A program made the position numbers and the translations under genes. A stretch of DNA of 64,000 bases from Catajapyx aquilonaris (taxonomy: Eukaryota), in the NCBI GenBank assembly GCA_000934665.2, contig KZ538215.1, positions 62,001-126,000 of the forward strand. The letters are read 5' to 3'. The notes under the pieces were generated by a model that searched no databases, was not told where the DNA came from, and saw only the letters and a program-made list of their open reading frames with translations. Of this stretch, positions 51,776-64,000 are shown in pieces. Each line of letters starts with the position of its first letter. Within the stretch, counting starts at the first letter, position 1.

Positions 51776-54700
51776 TGTAACATCACTTTATTGTGAATTA
51801 AGAAGAGTTTAATGATTTGTTCTTGGTATTAATAAAAATAGTTCTGATAGTTGACACACCTTCCTTTAATATGCCAAGCAGTGGCACTGATCCTACACGC
51901 CAGGCAGGGCCCTACTGGTGATGGGCCCCTTCGTCAGCTGATATCCACAGTGATGCCAGTCTAAGTGTCACAAAGATAATGCTTGGTGTTGCATTCAGGA
52001 ACCCCCTCCACTTGTAGCATGCAATTGGTTTTCCCACTCCCTGCAAGTCACTGACTTGTGAGTCATGCTAAACCTTAATATTTTATTAATTTTTAAATAT
52101 GCAATCATTTATATTTAAAATATGTGTTATCTTACCTTCTGCTTCAGATGCAGTCCATAACATTGTAAGCATCAGCACTCCATCACAGAAACACAGAATG
52201 TAGAATGAATCACCTACATTTTTGTTTGCATGAGGAGACTTCAGAGGTTGAACATTCACTAATGCAGTTTTGGTCTCCACTAAGTCTATTATTTTTAGAC
52301 CACTGATGTTCTTCTCACAGCCTGCAAATGAATCAAAGTGTTCGCTCCTTCTTTGGTTATGGATGGGAAGGCACCAAATAACAATCAATGACATAATTCC
52401 AGGGTAGGTGGCACAGAAGTTTATTGCCCTTGCCTAGGCAACGATCCAAGGTTCAGACCCTCTAATCGAAAGTAGCAATGCCACTAAAAATATGCTTCAA
52501 TCAAATTCCGAATGCAACTTGTAAGGTACAGAAGTACTAAAGGTCATTAGAAACAGAATGGCGTGATAAGCATGGTCTAAGAAATATGAAATGATTACAA
52601 GACCAGCCCCCTTGGCAAATGGGGTGCCTTCCTGTACAGGTGAAAAGTTTCTTGCATTGTTGCTATGTCGGCAGGGGTCACATGGCTGTGGTAGTGGGGA
52701 AGGGGGACCACTCAGGTACAGGAATCTTTGGCCTGCAGGCAGTTGGAAAGAAAAGGGAGAACCTTCGGTGCCAGTCGGCCAACTGGCTCAATTTTACAGA
52801 AAAATCATGACGGGTGTAACGGAGAAATTGTTGCGAGGGTGAAGTTACTCTTATGACCCTATGCCCTTCTTGCTGTTCCTTTCTTAATGAACCTTAGTAG
52901 AAACAGAAAAAAAATGGTAAAGCATACTAGTTATATTGGCACTCGATATCCATAAAGAATTTAAGATATACCTAGCAGCAGACACCAACTTACGCTGAAG
53001 TCCCAATACCCCAGCAGGTGGAAATTACTCCTTACCCTATCACATCCCAGTCGTCACACAATAAAAAAAGAAAATACTTTTTAAAAATTTTCACCCAGAT
53101 AATGACAGAGTACAATCCATGAAATGCATCTCATGCAACCTACTCATAACATCGCACTAACATCCCTAGGTTTGGATTGACAACTGCAAAACAATCTACC
53201 TCTTCCGATTAAATAAATACATTACAAAAGTATACAGTACTATACAAGCATCAAGATTGTAATAATGATCTTCTATGTAACAAATGAAATCTGATGCATT
53301 TACAGTTTGCACTCCAATCTTACAACCCCAAATAAATATCTGAAAAAAAAATAATCAAAAGTTCAACTCGGAATATAAGCTACTGGTTGGCCAATGAGAG
53401 CAAGGTCTTGTTGCAATATTTTAACGGCATGAAAGTCTGTTCAAAGTTATATCCTTTTCCAGGGCAAGCTGAGTCCTTCACCAACTGTGCCCATTGAGCG
53501 TAATTTACTTTCCAACAATATTTTTTCAAACCAAAATATCAAGAAAACTTAACACAGCTGTCCCTCTTAGCATTTTGGGCTGCGAGACAACGTAACCATT
53601 GGACATGTCCATTTCTGCAGGGAGGAATGCGCATGAAGGTGAGCCTGCGCAAGGTTGACTGCGATAAAACTGACTTCCTTCCCTCAATGCAGAAATTGAC
53701 ACCCTCGATTAATATTTTCAGTCCTTCTCTCATTGGCGGACCAGTAACAACTCTATCCGGGTAATACATGAGAGCTTCTCACAAACCAGAAAAGGGAGGA
53801 AGACGGCTCTTCCTTCATCAGTAACAAGCAGTAATCATGATATGTTAAACATGCCTGCACTGTACAGACTTCACCACCAAGGTCTTGCTTACAAATGAAA
53901 AGGTGCCACCTTTTGCGCTGCAGAGGATCAGTAGTAAGTTCAAGTAAATACCCACATAGCCAACATACATTTCCATGATTCATTTATAAAACACTTCTAC
54001 ATCCTTAATTCTCACAACACTGGATACCATTCAAACTGATCCTGCGATGTCTGCAATGTGCCAACACAAAAGGCTTCTTATTCCGTAAGTAGACCAAACG
54101 CTGTACACAATATTTTGTTCCCTATTCACCGCCTGAAATAATGTAACTACAATACTTTGGCCTAAAGCAGTACAAGGCAAAGTTAGGAGTATAACATGCA
54201 TGTCATTCTAGGTCAGCTTACAAATGTTTGTGGAAAACATGCGCCCATTTCTTAGCTGTAACAAATTTTGAAATGGTCTCAGTCACCTGTTGCAAAAACA
54301 CCAAAACATTTTGACTGTTGTGATAACTTCTGGAAGTTTTTTGCTCAATAACATTTCGCCTATTTTGAAGAGCAACTTGCACACTAAAAATGTCCTGATT
54401 GTTACACTTTCGGCTGTCCATCAGCTACGATTACATCAGGGCAGTCGCATGCAAGACTTTTCACTTGGCTCCTGCTCACATCATCCTCCCCACACCTCTT
54501 ATATCAGACATAATTGTTTTATTGCTGCAGCATTGTATTTAATTAAAGTAAGTTACCACAAAAATGCATCTGGGTGATCAAATACTATTTGCAAACAGGA
54601 AATTAAAAATTATTCATACAGGTTCCCTTTTACAGACCTGACCTAGAATAGCCCATGAGATATGACTAATATTTAAAGCCAAGCAAATTACAGAAAAAGC

Positions 54701-55421
54701 AAAAAAAAAAGCTACTATTCCAAAGTCCTTCCACCACTTGAGTTCAGTCTTCGTTACATTGTAAGAAGTTGGTAACTAGAAACCATATTATCACAGACTT
54801 TAAAGGGTCCAAAACGAAAATGAAGGCAGCCTGAACTTGTGACTGACACTGGGAAGGAAAACTGACAAAGTCTTGTCACTCGGAACTTCTTCACCACCAT
54901 TCTTATTGCTGTCATTTTCAGTACCTTGGCGCTGGTGGCTTCAGCTGAGTACAAAAGGGAGTGTGAAAATACTTTCGATATATCTTTTACAGTTTTACGA
55001 GTTGTCATGCAGAAAATACCTGCAAGAGCAATGACCTTTGTAGCACTTTTCACACTAAAAATTACATTTCCCCAGAAGGAAGCATTAGTACAAGGCGGCC
55101 CTTAAACTGCATTTCCTCTCATTTTAAGGTTTGGAGTCCTGCAGTGCAGGTTACACAGTAGACTGACTGACAGGCATTTGATTGCGACAACTAGAGCTTT
55201 AGTGGCAACAATCATTAACAGAACTCACATGGAACACAAACTCTTGTCCACTAAGGTGAGAAGAAGGGGCTGCAATTTTTGTTTTCCGGCAAAGGTCTTA
55301 TTCTGTGTAACTGTATTTATCATCACATTTGCTGATTGGTAGAGAGATTACTGTCTTAACAACTGCCATTGCTTTAGCAGTATTTTCACACTCCCTGTGC
55401 ACACAACACTGCAACCACACT

Positions 55422-58400
55422 TCACACACTGCCGGAAGAATCGGATCTCCTTGCACAAGGCTGCCCATATAACAACTGCTCCAAGCCTTTCGCCTTCAGC
55501 TCCTTGCATTCATCTTGTGTCAGCTTCTGCAACTCCCCCTTTCGCACTGGCAATGGTGTACCGATTTTCACATCATTAATCAGCTTCACTCTGACCCCAT
55601 TGGAACGCAGTCTATCTCTTACATCAGGGTCAATGAAATGGTGACCTGTACCACATATGTCCCTCTTGGCTTCTTCCACCAGGGCTTGCCGTTGCAGCTC
55701 CACCAAGCTCTGACTGATATATGGTGATCTGAGGGCAGCAGGCCGCACCTTCTTTAGCAGGAAGTCACCCAGGAAGCTTTTTTCACTGGAAGACTGGTGG
55801 CACTTGGCATTTAGCTTGTCAGACAGATGGAGAGGACCCAGCACTTTGCGCACCTCAGCCTTACTGCCATTTACGGACATACCATTCTCACTCTTACGAT
55901 TCTTGCTCGTGTGCTGTTTGCTCCTGGGCTCATCACTTTTTCTGCCATTGACCGCCACCATGTGTTTTTCCTTCCGCTGCGGCCAATGGCTACGCACATT
56001 TTTTGGAGGCAATGATTGCGGCAGCAGAAGGGGTTCCCTGGTGAATTCCGTCGCTGGAGAAGGCTCTGGTGGAATTGGAAGAGGTTCCTCATCATCGCTG
56101 ACCAGATCTATCAGCGGAATCTCCTTAGGGGGATGGACAGGAGTATCTTCCTTGGACACTTCCGGAAGCACACAGGAAACACTTGAGCTTGGAAGAACTG
56201 CAATGGCTGGCTCCTTTTTCACGGTCCATTTGTCCAACTCTTTCTTGTTGAGCTTTACCAAAACAACTCTGCAAGGCTTCATGATCTTCTTCAGTGCACG
56301 GCTACGTTTGTTCAGCCCTGTCAAGAGCACAATGGGATCGATCAACAACAGATTATACTAGGACAGGAGTAGGCTATTCCCAACCCACAATCCCATCATA
56401 CTAGTGTGTACTTCATAAGGCTCACAACTCAATGCATGTGACTGAAAACCTTTGATGGAAAACAGTATTTGAGTCATACTGGGTCATGCAAATGGTGGTT
56501 TAATGTGCTTATAATATTGCTTTATGAAGTCGTTCATGGGGGAAAAAAATATACAGAATAGTGCACTGTCCAGGGAGGAACTGGACAAGTTATGAATATT
56601 TACCCCAAAAAATAGTTCAGAAAAATCAACTGGAAGCAGCATCAAAGGCCACTTTTAATTATCACGGTTGGTATTTCTCTTTAAACTAGTTGCTGGAGTA
56701 AACATAACATTTTCCCTTTCCTTTCTCTGGGATTGTGGATATGGGCAGTGCACCACCGTGCTACTGAGATGCTCCTATACCACAAGTTAATACCTATCAC
56801 ACGATTACACGTGAGGTGTGTTATTTTGTGAGACAATGGTAAAGAGTTACTGGTGATATTTGGTAACTCCCCAAATATATAGGCCTTTATTTTTGGAAGA
56901 AAATGCATGCAAGTCAACCAATTACTCTAATAAATTCCTCCTTGAATTTCAGATGGTAAAACAATATAGGGCCTTACAATGCACATCCTCCAGGATTAAA
57001 ATATTGCTATGCAACAAATTTGGGTACCACAACTGTTTTTAAATGCATGTGCCATCAGTTCATTTACCATTGCATCACAAAATTATCCGTGTGATCAGGA
57101 GTACTTTAGTGTTCACTGCCATTTACAAGCAGGTGTGCAGGTGGTCACAATATTCACACTATCAAATTTTAATAGTGCATATTTTTGTGATGGTATTACA
57201 ACATGGTATTAATCAAGGCCCGCTCACACTCATGCTACACTGACAGGAATGTATACCCTCACCCATGCTGACTTTCAAACAGGCTTGCATATGCCCCTTG
57301 CCTGTATCAAGCACATACGTTGGGGGATTTTCAAAGGTGCTTAGCTGTGTCCCTACACTATGCTGGCACACTGGTCTAACAGAAGTAGGACTACGGAAAA
57401 ACCAAGTCTCGTTCCCTGGTACTCTTGCTGAGGATCCCTACTCAATTGCTCACCCTCCCATCCCTTGCCCTCCTAAACCATTCTTTGTCTCAACTCCACC
57501 AAAAGGACCCTGTGTCCTGTGTGGGAGGTGCCTGGGATAGTGAACTTCGCGAGCATAGCAAGCATAAAGAAATGTCAGTGTGAATGGGCCTTAACATAGC
57601 AACTATTCAGTCCTCCTTTTTCTGCACTGGAACAAGTGATCCCAGTTGGCAATATTTCCTTTTCTTACTAGTAACATATCAACAGAAAATTATCTAAATG
57701 CAGAGAATAACTATTTATTTCCTACTAGCCCTGTAATGAATCTGTTGTTGGCATATTTAGTTACAATTATTTGTATTGATCCTTTCTATGCGCATATAGC
57801 TATGAACCTCTGACCTTCTTTTCAGGTGACATCCTCCCATGACTTTTTTGCGCCACTAAAATTCAGTAAATTTCCATAAGCCGGCTTATTTCTTGGAGCT
57901 CCCGGAATAAGTTTTGTCTTGCCTGACACTGTTCTAAATCAGCAGAACTATCCCAACGACAGGGCTAATAACAAGACCAATACTAAAGAGGAACTTGAGG
58001 AAATGCCACGAAACTGCCTTCCTTACTGTTTGAGTAGCTGATATGATGACAAGTTCACCTGATTGCAGCCTGAACAGTGCACTAGGAAAATTGCTGCAGA
58101 TGGAGGAAACAGAAACACTTTCGTATGCATATGAAACCGTTGTATTTTGTCAATTAAAAAACACTGCAGTGAAATATGATGCTATTTACAAATAGATGAG
58201 ATCGCTGTTTCTTCCTCTCCATGCCCCTGATGCATATCTGACATGCTTGCTCAAAGTCCTTCTTGCAAAAAGTGCTTTCTCCGCCACCTTGTCCACAGGC
58301 TGACTTATCCCACGTCCTTATGGCCAGGAGGCAGAGCCTAAGTGGTCACGAACGAATTGCGTCACACAAAATTTCAAACTTACCACTTTTCCTAAGATAT

Positions 58401-60812
58401 GACATCTTATGTTTGTAATTTTCACCTAAGGGCAGTTGAATTCACATTTAAATCTCCTCATCTTCCTGATTTTTTTTTCTTCCCTTCATAAATTTGCATC
58501 GGCAATTGGTAGCACTCACTCCACATTAATTTAATCATTTCCTTCTACCATAACACAGGATATGGAAAATACCTTTGACCTTCCTGCGCACGAGTTTCAT
58601 TGCCAATCCCAAGCCAGAGTAAAGGGAAAACCTGTCATATTAAAAGCACATCCTACATTGGCATACAATTTATAATATGGCAACTGCAATCAGTATAAAA
58701 CTGGTATTAAACTCTACACACTAGAGGACAAAAATTGGGCGCACCTGTTTCGAGACACTTGATCAGCTCTTTTCTTTGCGACCAGGTGAAACAGTAGACA
58801 TGAGTGGAGTGATGGCTGCTGTCATTCTTGAATGTTATGGGCCACCGATTCGCAGGTCCAGGCCGAGGAGAACACTTCTTTGGGATGCAAGTCCTCTCGT
58901 ACCGCTCAATGCAGGGCAATACATTTGGTTGCGTACCTAATCCAGACTTCTTGCGAATATACATCCCCAAAGGAGAAGATATATCGATGTTCACATATCG
59001 AAGGTAGCTGGACCCAAAGCGACGCTTCACATCTTTGCTCAGCTTCAATGGCGACCCTTTAGGCCCCTCGGCACCATCCGCTGACCGCAGACCGAGGTAG
59101 CTCAGAAGACGAGTCTGCTAACCGAAAAGCATTGTATTATATCATTCATAAAGTTGGAGCACACTATAAACACTGGGAAAATACCTGATCTACATTCTCA
59201 AGGTCTTCCCGATCCGAATGATCTGAGGATGGTGAATGTGGAGAAGCAAATGTCTCACCCTGTGGTCCACATTCTCTCTCGTGTTCCTACAAAAGGATTA
59301 AAACAAAAATACAGGGCCATCGAAAAAGATTGCTCGGATTTTGAAACCCTATAATTCGAAAACTTGTAGACATCTCAATAATTTAAGTTTCGAATGCTAA
59401 GAAATGTCCGAAGTTTTAGTGTTACCTATAATGTGTTTTGAGATGAGCTATATTATTTTGTTGCTCAGCAGATATCAGGTGTATTTGGTCTTGTGCCAAG
59501 CAGCACCAGATTTACAGCAAGTCAACCTACACAGTTGCCTAGGGTGGCAGATTTCACAGGGCAGCAAATTTAGGCATACAAAAAAAGGTAATGAAGAATT
59601 AATAATTAGTAATTACGCGACTGAGAGCAGCACCAGATATACCATTAGGCAGAGTAGCCAATTGCCTAGGGGCCGCTGCGACTTGCAATAAATATATTTT
59701 TAAAAATAGGCTACAATAATAGGAAATAAAGCCAAAATCAGTAAAAAATTCGAATTTTTGAGCACAGCCAGATTTACCTCTAGGCGGAAAATCGTAAGGG
59801 TGGCCATAAGTTGCAATATAAAATTGAATTTTTCAGCGGCATGGGGCGGGGGAGAGGGGATCTCAACTGTCTAGGGCAGCAGAGGGGGAAAATTCAGCAC
59901 TGGTGCCAAGCCCTCTCAATCTGGCCTCGAGTTCCCCAATGCCAGGGCCCCGAGAAGCACATATCTTACCTCGCTGGATTTTTTCTTGCGAGGATTCGTC
60001 AAGAACACTGTATGGTGCAAACATTCGGGCTCTCCAGCACCTACTGGATAGGATCGCAATGGCCATCGCAACAGTAGTGCTGGATTGATTGAGCAGGTTT
60101 GTCACAATACCAAATACAGTCTTAATATCTGCTGAGTGACAAATGGAGCTCATATTGAAACATACTAAGGTAACATCAAAACTTTAGACAATTCTTAGCA
60201 TTTCAAATCTTAAATCCTTTAGACATGTCTAAAGTTTTCGAGTCATAGGGTCTCAAAATTCGAGCACTCTTTTTCGATGACCCTGTATTAAATCTCTATG
60301 CTGGCATACACTTGTAAATTACCTTAATTGCTCGTAAGCTTGTGAACTCTTCATCACAGTTGTCACATAGGTAAATGTCACACTGGAGCTTTTGGATTTT
60401 GGGCGGATACTGTGGCAGCAAAGTTTTCCGTGGGCTTGCGGGCACTTGATGTGGGATCACCATGTCGTACTCCTAAGAGAATAAAATGTGTAGAGCAGTG
60501 CAAAACTGGAAGGGGAAACCAAAATAAAATAAACTTACCCTGTTTTCGTTGCGAAAGCTGACCAGAAGTCTTCCCGAGAGTCGCTCTAGTAAAGAAGTGG
60601 TCCCATCATAATTGTTGTGGTAAGTGAAACCATTTCTGCAGTTCGAATGCAGTTGGTCGCTAAAGCTCAGAAGGTATTCTGATTGGAAATGGACATAGCA
60701 GCGCTGGACCAGGTCTCGTAGCTTTGGCCGTAACTGCTGCAACAAAATATTCCTTGTTGTAATCATAGATCTCCAAATTCTCCATGTAAATTGTCTAACA
60801 TTTGAATGCGTC
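55422..60812 (-). CDS. Uncharacterised nuclear-type protein with NRF1/Ewg-like helix and C2HC zinc finger (5' end unresolved)
   Basis: Phase-consistent exons ~60812-60539, 60472-60323, 59286-59185, ~59117-58745, 56317-55422 give ...LRDLVQRCYVHFQSEYLLSFS...DGTTSLL...LLVSFRNENREYD...YLCDNCDEEFTSLRAIKEHEREC...IDISSPLG...HVYCFT...ETGLNKRSRALK..., then a Pro/Lys-rich tail. Confidence 0.8.
57216..57591. mobile_element. Degenerate Harbinger-type MITE
   Basis: AGGCCCGCTCACACT / AGTGTGAATGGGCCT ends; flanks TCA and TAA (one mismatch). Confidence 0.55.
59312..60285. mobile_element. Non-autonomous Tc1/mariner-type element with ~200 bp imperfect TIRs, intronic
   Basis: TA-CAGGGCCATCGAAAAAGATTGCTCG... 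pairs with ...CGAGCACTCTTTTTCGATGACCCTG-TA; pairing continues through TCAGCAGATAT / ATATCTGCTGA. Confidence 0.85.
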
Positions 60813-61119
60813 TGAAGGGTAGGATATCACTCATTAATGACAAGGTAGTGTCCAAAGGCTTTGAAACAAAATGGTAATATATCAGACGAAAATATAGAGA
60901 CCATATGTCTCCATATTTTTGTCTGCTGTAGTACTTCCTATATCCAAAATCAGATGTATCCCTTTTTACTGGCCACATGACACATGCTGAGATAGTGCAA
61001 AGGAAAAAAATAACATCCTAAATAATGACCATCCTGAACCCATCACTAAGATCACTAAGGCAATGCTGCCAGATTCCTGTGGGCAAATGGGAAAGAGGCA
61101 CAAAGAGCTAGTGGACTTA

Positions 61120-61228
61120 GGGCTGAATCTTCGACGTATCGCACAAACCTGCGGGAGGGGCGCGCAAACGGGCTGCCAGTTTGCACGCCCCTCCCGCAGG
61201 TTTGCGCGATACATCGAAGATTCGGCCC
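61120..61228. mobile_element. 109 bp hairpin MITE (Harbinger-type)
   Basis: GGGCTGAATCTTCGA...AAACCTGCGGGAGGGGCG pairs with CGCCCCTCCCGCAGGTTT...TCGAAGATTCGGCCC; TTA at 61117-61119 and 61229-61231. Confidence 0.85.
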
Positions 61229-62777
61229 TTAATGTTGAAATGCATGCATTAATCCTGTTCCCAGACCAGGGTTGACTCCACCCGAGATCATTCGAAAACA
61301 ATGGGCCGAGTCTTTGACAGAGTTTTGTAGCTCTAGGAGGAGGTTGAAGTTTAGTTGACATATATGGCACGGCCTCAGGGGGTTGGGCCTGAAGGGCAGG
61401 GACTCCCCATTACAGTGTACAATGCTGTTCTCGTCCCATAAAGTGTAGGCTCATGTTCCAAGGTCAGAGTTGATTTACCCCATGATTGTGTTTTTTGTAA
61501 TGTATTGATCCTATGCGACCTTGGTTCAATCCGAACTCACTTTTGATTCAGGGTTGCTCAACCTTGTAATTTGTGCAGTCACTATGCATATGTATGTAAT
61601 TATGGGGTTGGGAAAAACCTATTGCAATGCCCAAGGCAGTTATGTGCACAAATAAATAAGAAGCTAATTAATTTGCTATCTTTACATTGTGAAGGGTTCA
61701 ATTTTGCTGTGAATAAGTTTCAAAATATTTCTTGAACTGCCATTGTAAATTCCTGCTCAATATTACATGCAATGTCAATAAGTTCCTTGCAGGTGTTTCT
61801 CTGCCCATGTTGACCATCCAGAAGATGGGGTACAGGGAATGTTAGTTGTCTGTGGTGACAAAGTCGAAATACGTGAAAAGGTAACAGACAACCCACACCT
61901 GGTTCTGATTCTGGTTTTGGCCCAGGACTGTCAGCACTTCCATGCCCACCCACCTTCTGGATTGTCAACATGTGCAGAGGACACCTTGCATAAAAACTGG
62001 CAACTTGCGCTTGACCTGAGTCAACTCCAAAAGACAGATGAACAGCTATTTCCCTGGCTGTAGCGGACTGAGATCATTCATGATGGTATCAATCCACAAG
62101 TACCAGTGTTGGCTCAGCTTAATTTCTGCTGTCCCTTGGTTGGTGGCCCACCCTGGATTAACCACTCACAAAATGTGATATTTTCCTAACTTCAGCTATT
62201 CTACTCCATGCAAACACACATGAACCCATACAACACATGGTTTGAGGAATGACGACCTGCCCAAAAAGGGAATCAACACAGCCTGACAGCAGAATATCAA
62301 TCAAGGTATTGTTCTTCACACAAGTGGGCCTGAATTTGAGAGATGTGATTACATTTCTATTCTGGTAGATGTACCAGAAAATATCACATTTCAATGGAAC
62401 ATGACGAAGCTGGCAGGTGATGTGCCTGGAGTAAACAGATTGGGTAATACTCCAGCACAATTTGCATTTCCTGATGGCATGAATTTATTTAATCACGAAT
62501 ACTGCTATTCAACAAATTTACGGCTAATTGTACAAAGTGCTGTAGTGCAAGTTCCTCCCTCAGATCCTTCTACGCCCCACCCAGTAGTACCCCTTGGTTT
62601 GAGGGGCAATTGGTCATTACACTATGCATAGATAACTACTGCATGTTTGCATGCTGCATCACCCTCAGCTGGCTCAAACATTACTGTCATTTATGGGTGC
62701 TCAACATTATATGAGAAGTCAACTGGTGGAACAATAATTATGTGCTGATCCCCCCCCCCCCCNCCCACACACACACA

Positions 62778-63340
62778 CAGGCGTGCATTCCTAGTATCCT
62801 TGTGAGGTTTTTCCAAAATTTAAAATTTAAAACTAACCTAACCTACAAAAAACACACCAAATTTTGGTGAAATGAATTTTTACCGTTTTTATGAGGTACT
62901 GTACTGATTTTTCCCTATCCTTGTGAGGCGTGTGTTCACTATGAGGTACAGGAAAACTACCTCGTAATGACAAAATTCCTCACAAGGATAGGAAAAACGT
63001 GAAAAAAATTCCTCACAAGGATAGCAATGCGCGTCCACTCCTGCGCCCCATAGGCTGTGGGGGCAAGAAAAACACACGTTTTCGAAGCGAGTGTAAACTG
63101 ATCTAACCTGATCTAACCTAACCTACCCTAACCTACCCTACCCTACCTATCCTAGGCTGATAAAAATGGACTTTTGCAAAACCCTACATAACATACATAA
63201 CCCTACATGTCCCCACTGAAGCAGTATCCCACCATGCGTTTTTGCTGTGGGGACGCGAAATGTCCCCACAATTTGGAGCATGTCCCCAGAGCTACAGTCA
63301 AAACACCAACCTTAGTCCCCAGACCCTATGCGAGATCTGA
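62778..63340. repeat. Small non-autonomous repeat elements with inverted motifs and (CTAAC)n tracts
   Basis: TATCCTTGTGAGG / CCTCACAAGGATA inverted motifs, each twice; CTAACCTAACC tracts at ~62833 and ~63113; GTGGGGAC...GTCCCCAC hairpin. Confidence 0.5.
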
Positions 63341-63529
63341 ACTTGCATTATTACCCATTGAGTTCTTTGCGAATTCTTTGTTCTTTCTTGAATTTAACAG
63401 TTGCTGATTCCTCTTCCGGGAAAGGGGGGGGGGGGGGTTCTTTTTCCTTCTTTTGGCAAGAACTGCAGTAGATGTATGGTATTTAACAGACTTCGGAGAG
63501 TGCCGAGATCGACAATACAGTACTGTATT

Positions 63530-63537
63530 TATCGATA
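63530..63537. promoter_or_regulatory. DRE motif (TATCGATA), possible promoter of the minus-strand gene at 55-61 kb
   Basis: Exact DREF-binding palindrome in a CpG-containing stretch, with a minus-strand donor-like site near 63353. Confidence 0.35.
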
Positions 63538-63967
63538 GACCCTGCCACAATGTACCACGAGGGAAAATGGAGCATTTATGGTCGTGTGTTGCAGTGATGA
63601 GTTTATGATCAGATTTGCGTTGTTATCGTCAAATTTTGCCCAGTTTTTCAATTTAAAAACATGTCCAAACAGGCGTTAAAGTGAAACGGCGTAAGACGGG
63701 TACTACTGCATAGTTAAAAATTGTGCTATTCTCCCCTAATACAAGACAATATTATTCAAAGAGCCAAGTATATGGAAAATGCGCCACTTTGTGGGGAAAA
63801 GCCTCCTTTCACTGTACTATGCAGCTCTGTGTATACTGTTAATGCGAGCCATCCAAAAGGCATTTTGAATCAGTCAGGGTCATTCCAACCAATAACAATC
63901 AAGTTGCAGGTCAAATGACTTATACCTGATAGCACCAACTGAATTACCGATCCGAGAGCTTCTAATA

Positions 63968-64000
63968 CAGTGGTTCCCAACCTTTTCGTCATGATGCCCC
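63968..64000 (+). mobile_element. Left end of a hAT (Charlie-like) element, truncated by the window edge
   Basis: CAGTGGTTCCCAACCTTTT is a typical hAT terminal repeat; the partner end is not visible. Confidence 0.45.

Noticed and set aside
53400..55053. Additional gene in short minus-strand ORFs
   Set aside because: No recognisable motifs or consistent exon chain; may be extra 3' exons or UTR of the neighbouring gene.
55804..56361. 185 aa plus-strand ORF and similar antisense ORFs over USP19 and SLC26 exons
   Set aside because: Shadow frames of real minus-strand exons.
58572..58630. Possible poison cassette exon (GFPFTLAWDWQ*)
   Set aside because: Splice signals are plausible but weak, and flanking exons join in frame without it.
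62830..63150. Telomeric TTAGG array
   Set aside because: Only a few degenerate CCTAA units embedded in small repeat elements.

Overview
Eukaryotic genomic DNA, most likely arthropod (many 50-90 nt GT-AG introns, insect-type SINEs, a DRE motif), with one assembly gap (41441-41699). Minus-strand genes, left to right: the first two micro-exons of U1 snRNP protein C (SNRPC, missed by the ORF track); a multi-exon USP19 deubiquitinase (two CS domains, USP domain with MYND finger, C-terminal EEID); three tandem, apparently intact SLC26/prestin-like anion transporters, the third probably with a ~12.6 kb first coding intron; and an uncharacterised protein with an NRF1/Erect-wing-like helix plus a C2HC finger. 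On the plus strand, head-to-head with the SLC26 cluster, is an uncharacterised SQ-rich coiled-coil gene with E2F-type promoter motifs that I tentatively compare to the meiotic protein IHO1/Mer2. Introns hold many transposon relics: a deleted mariner, a non-autonomous piggyBac-like element carrying a nested LINE fragment, nested tRNA-derived SINEs, and about a dozen MITEs or foldback palindromes. Exon boundaries were read by eye and no database search was run. There is no CRISPR array or prokaryotic system.
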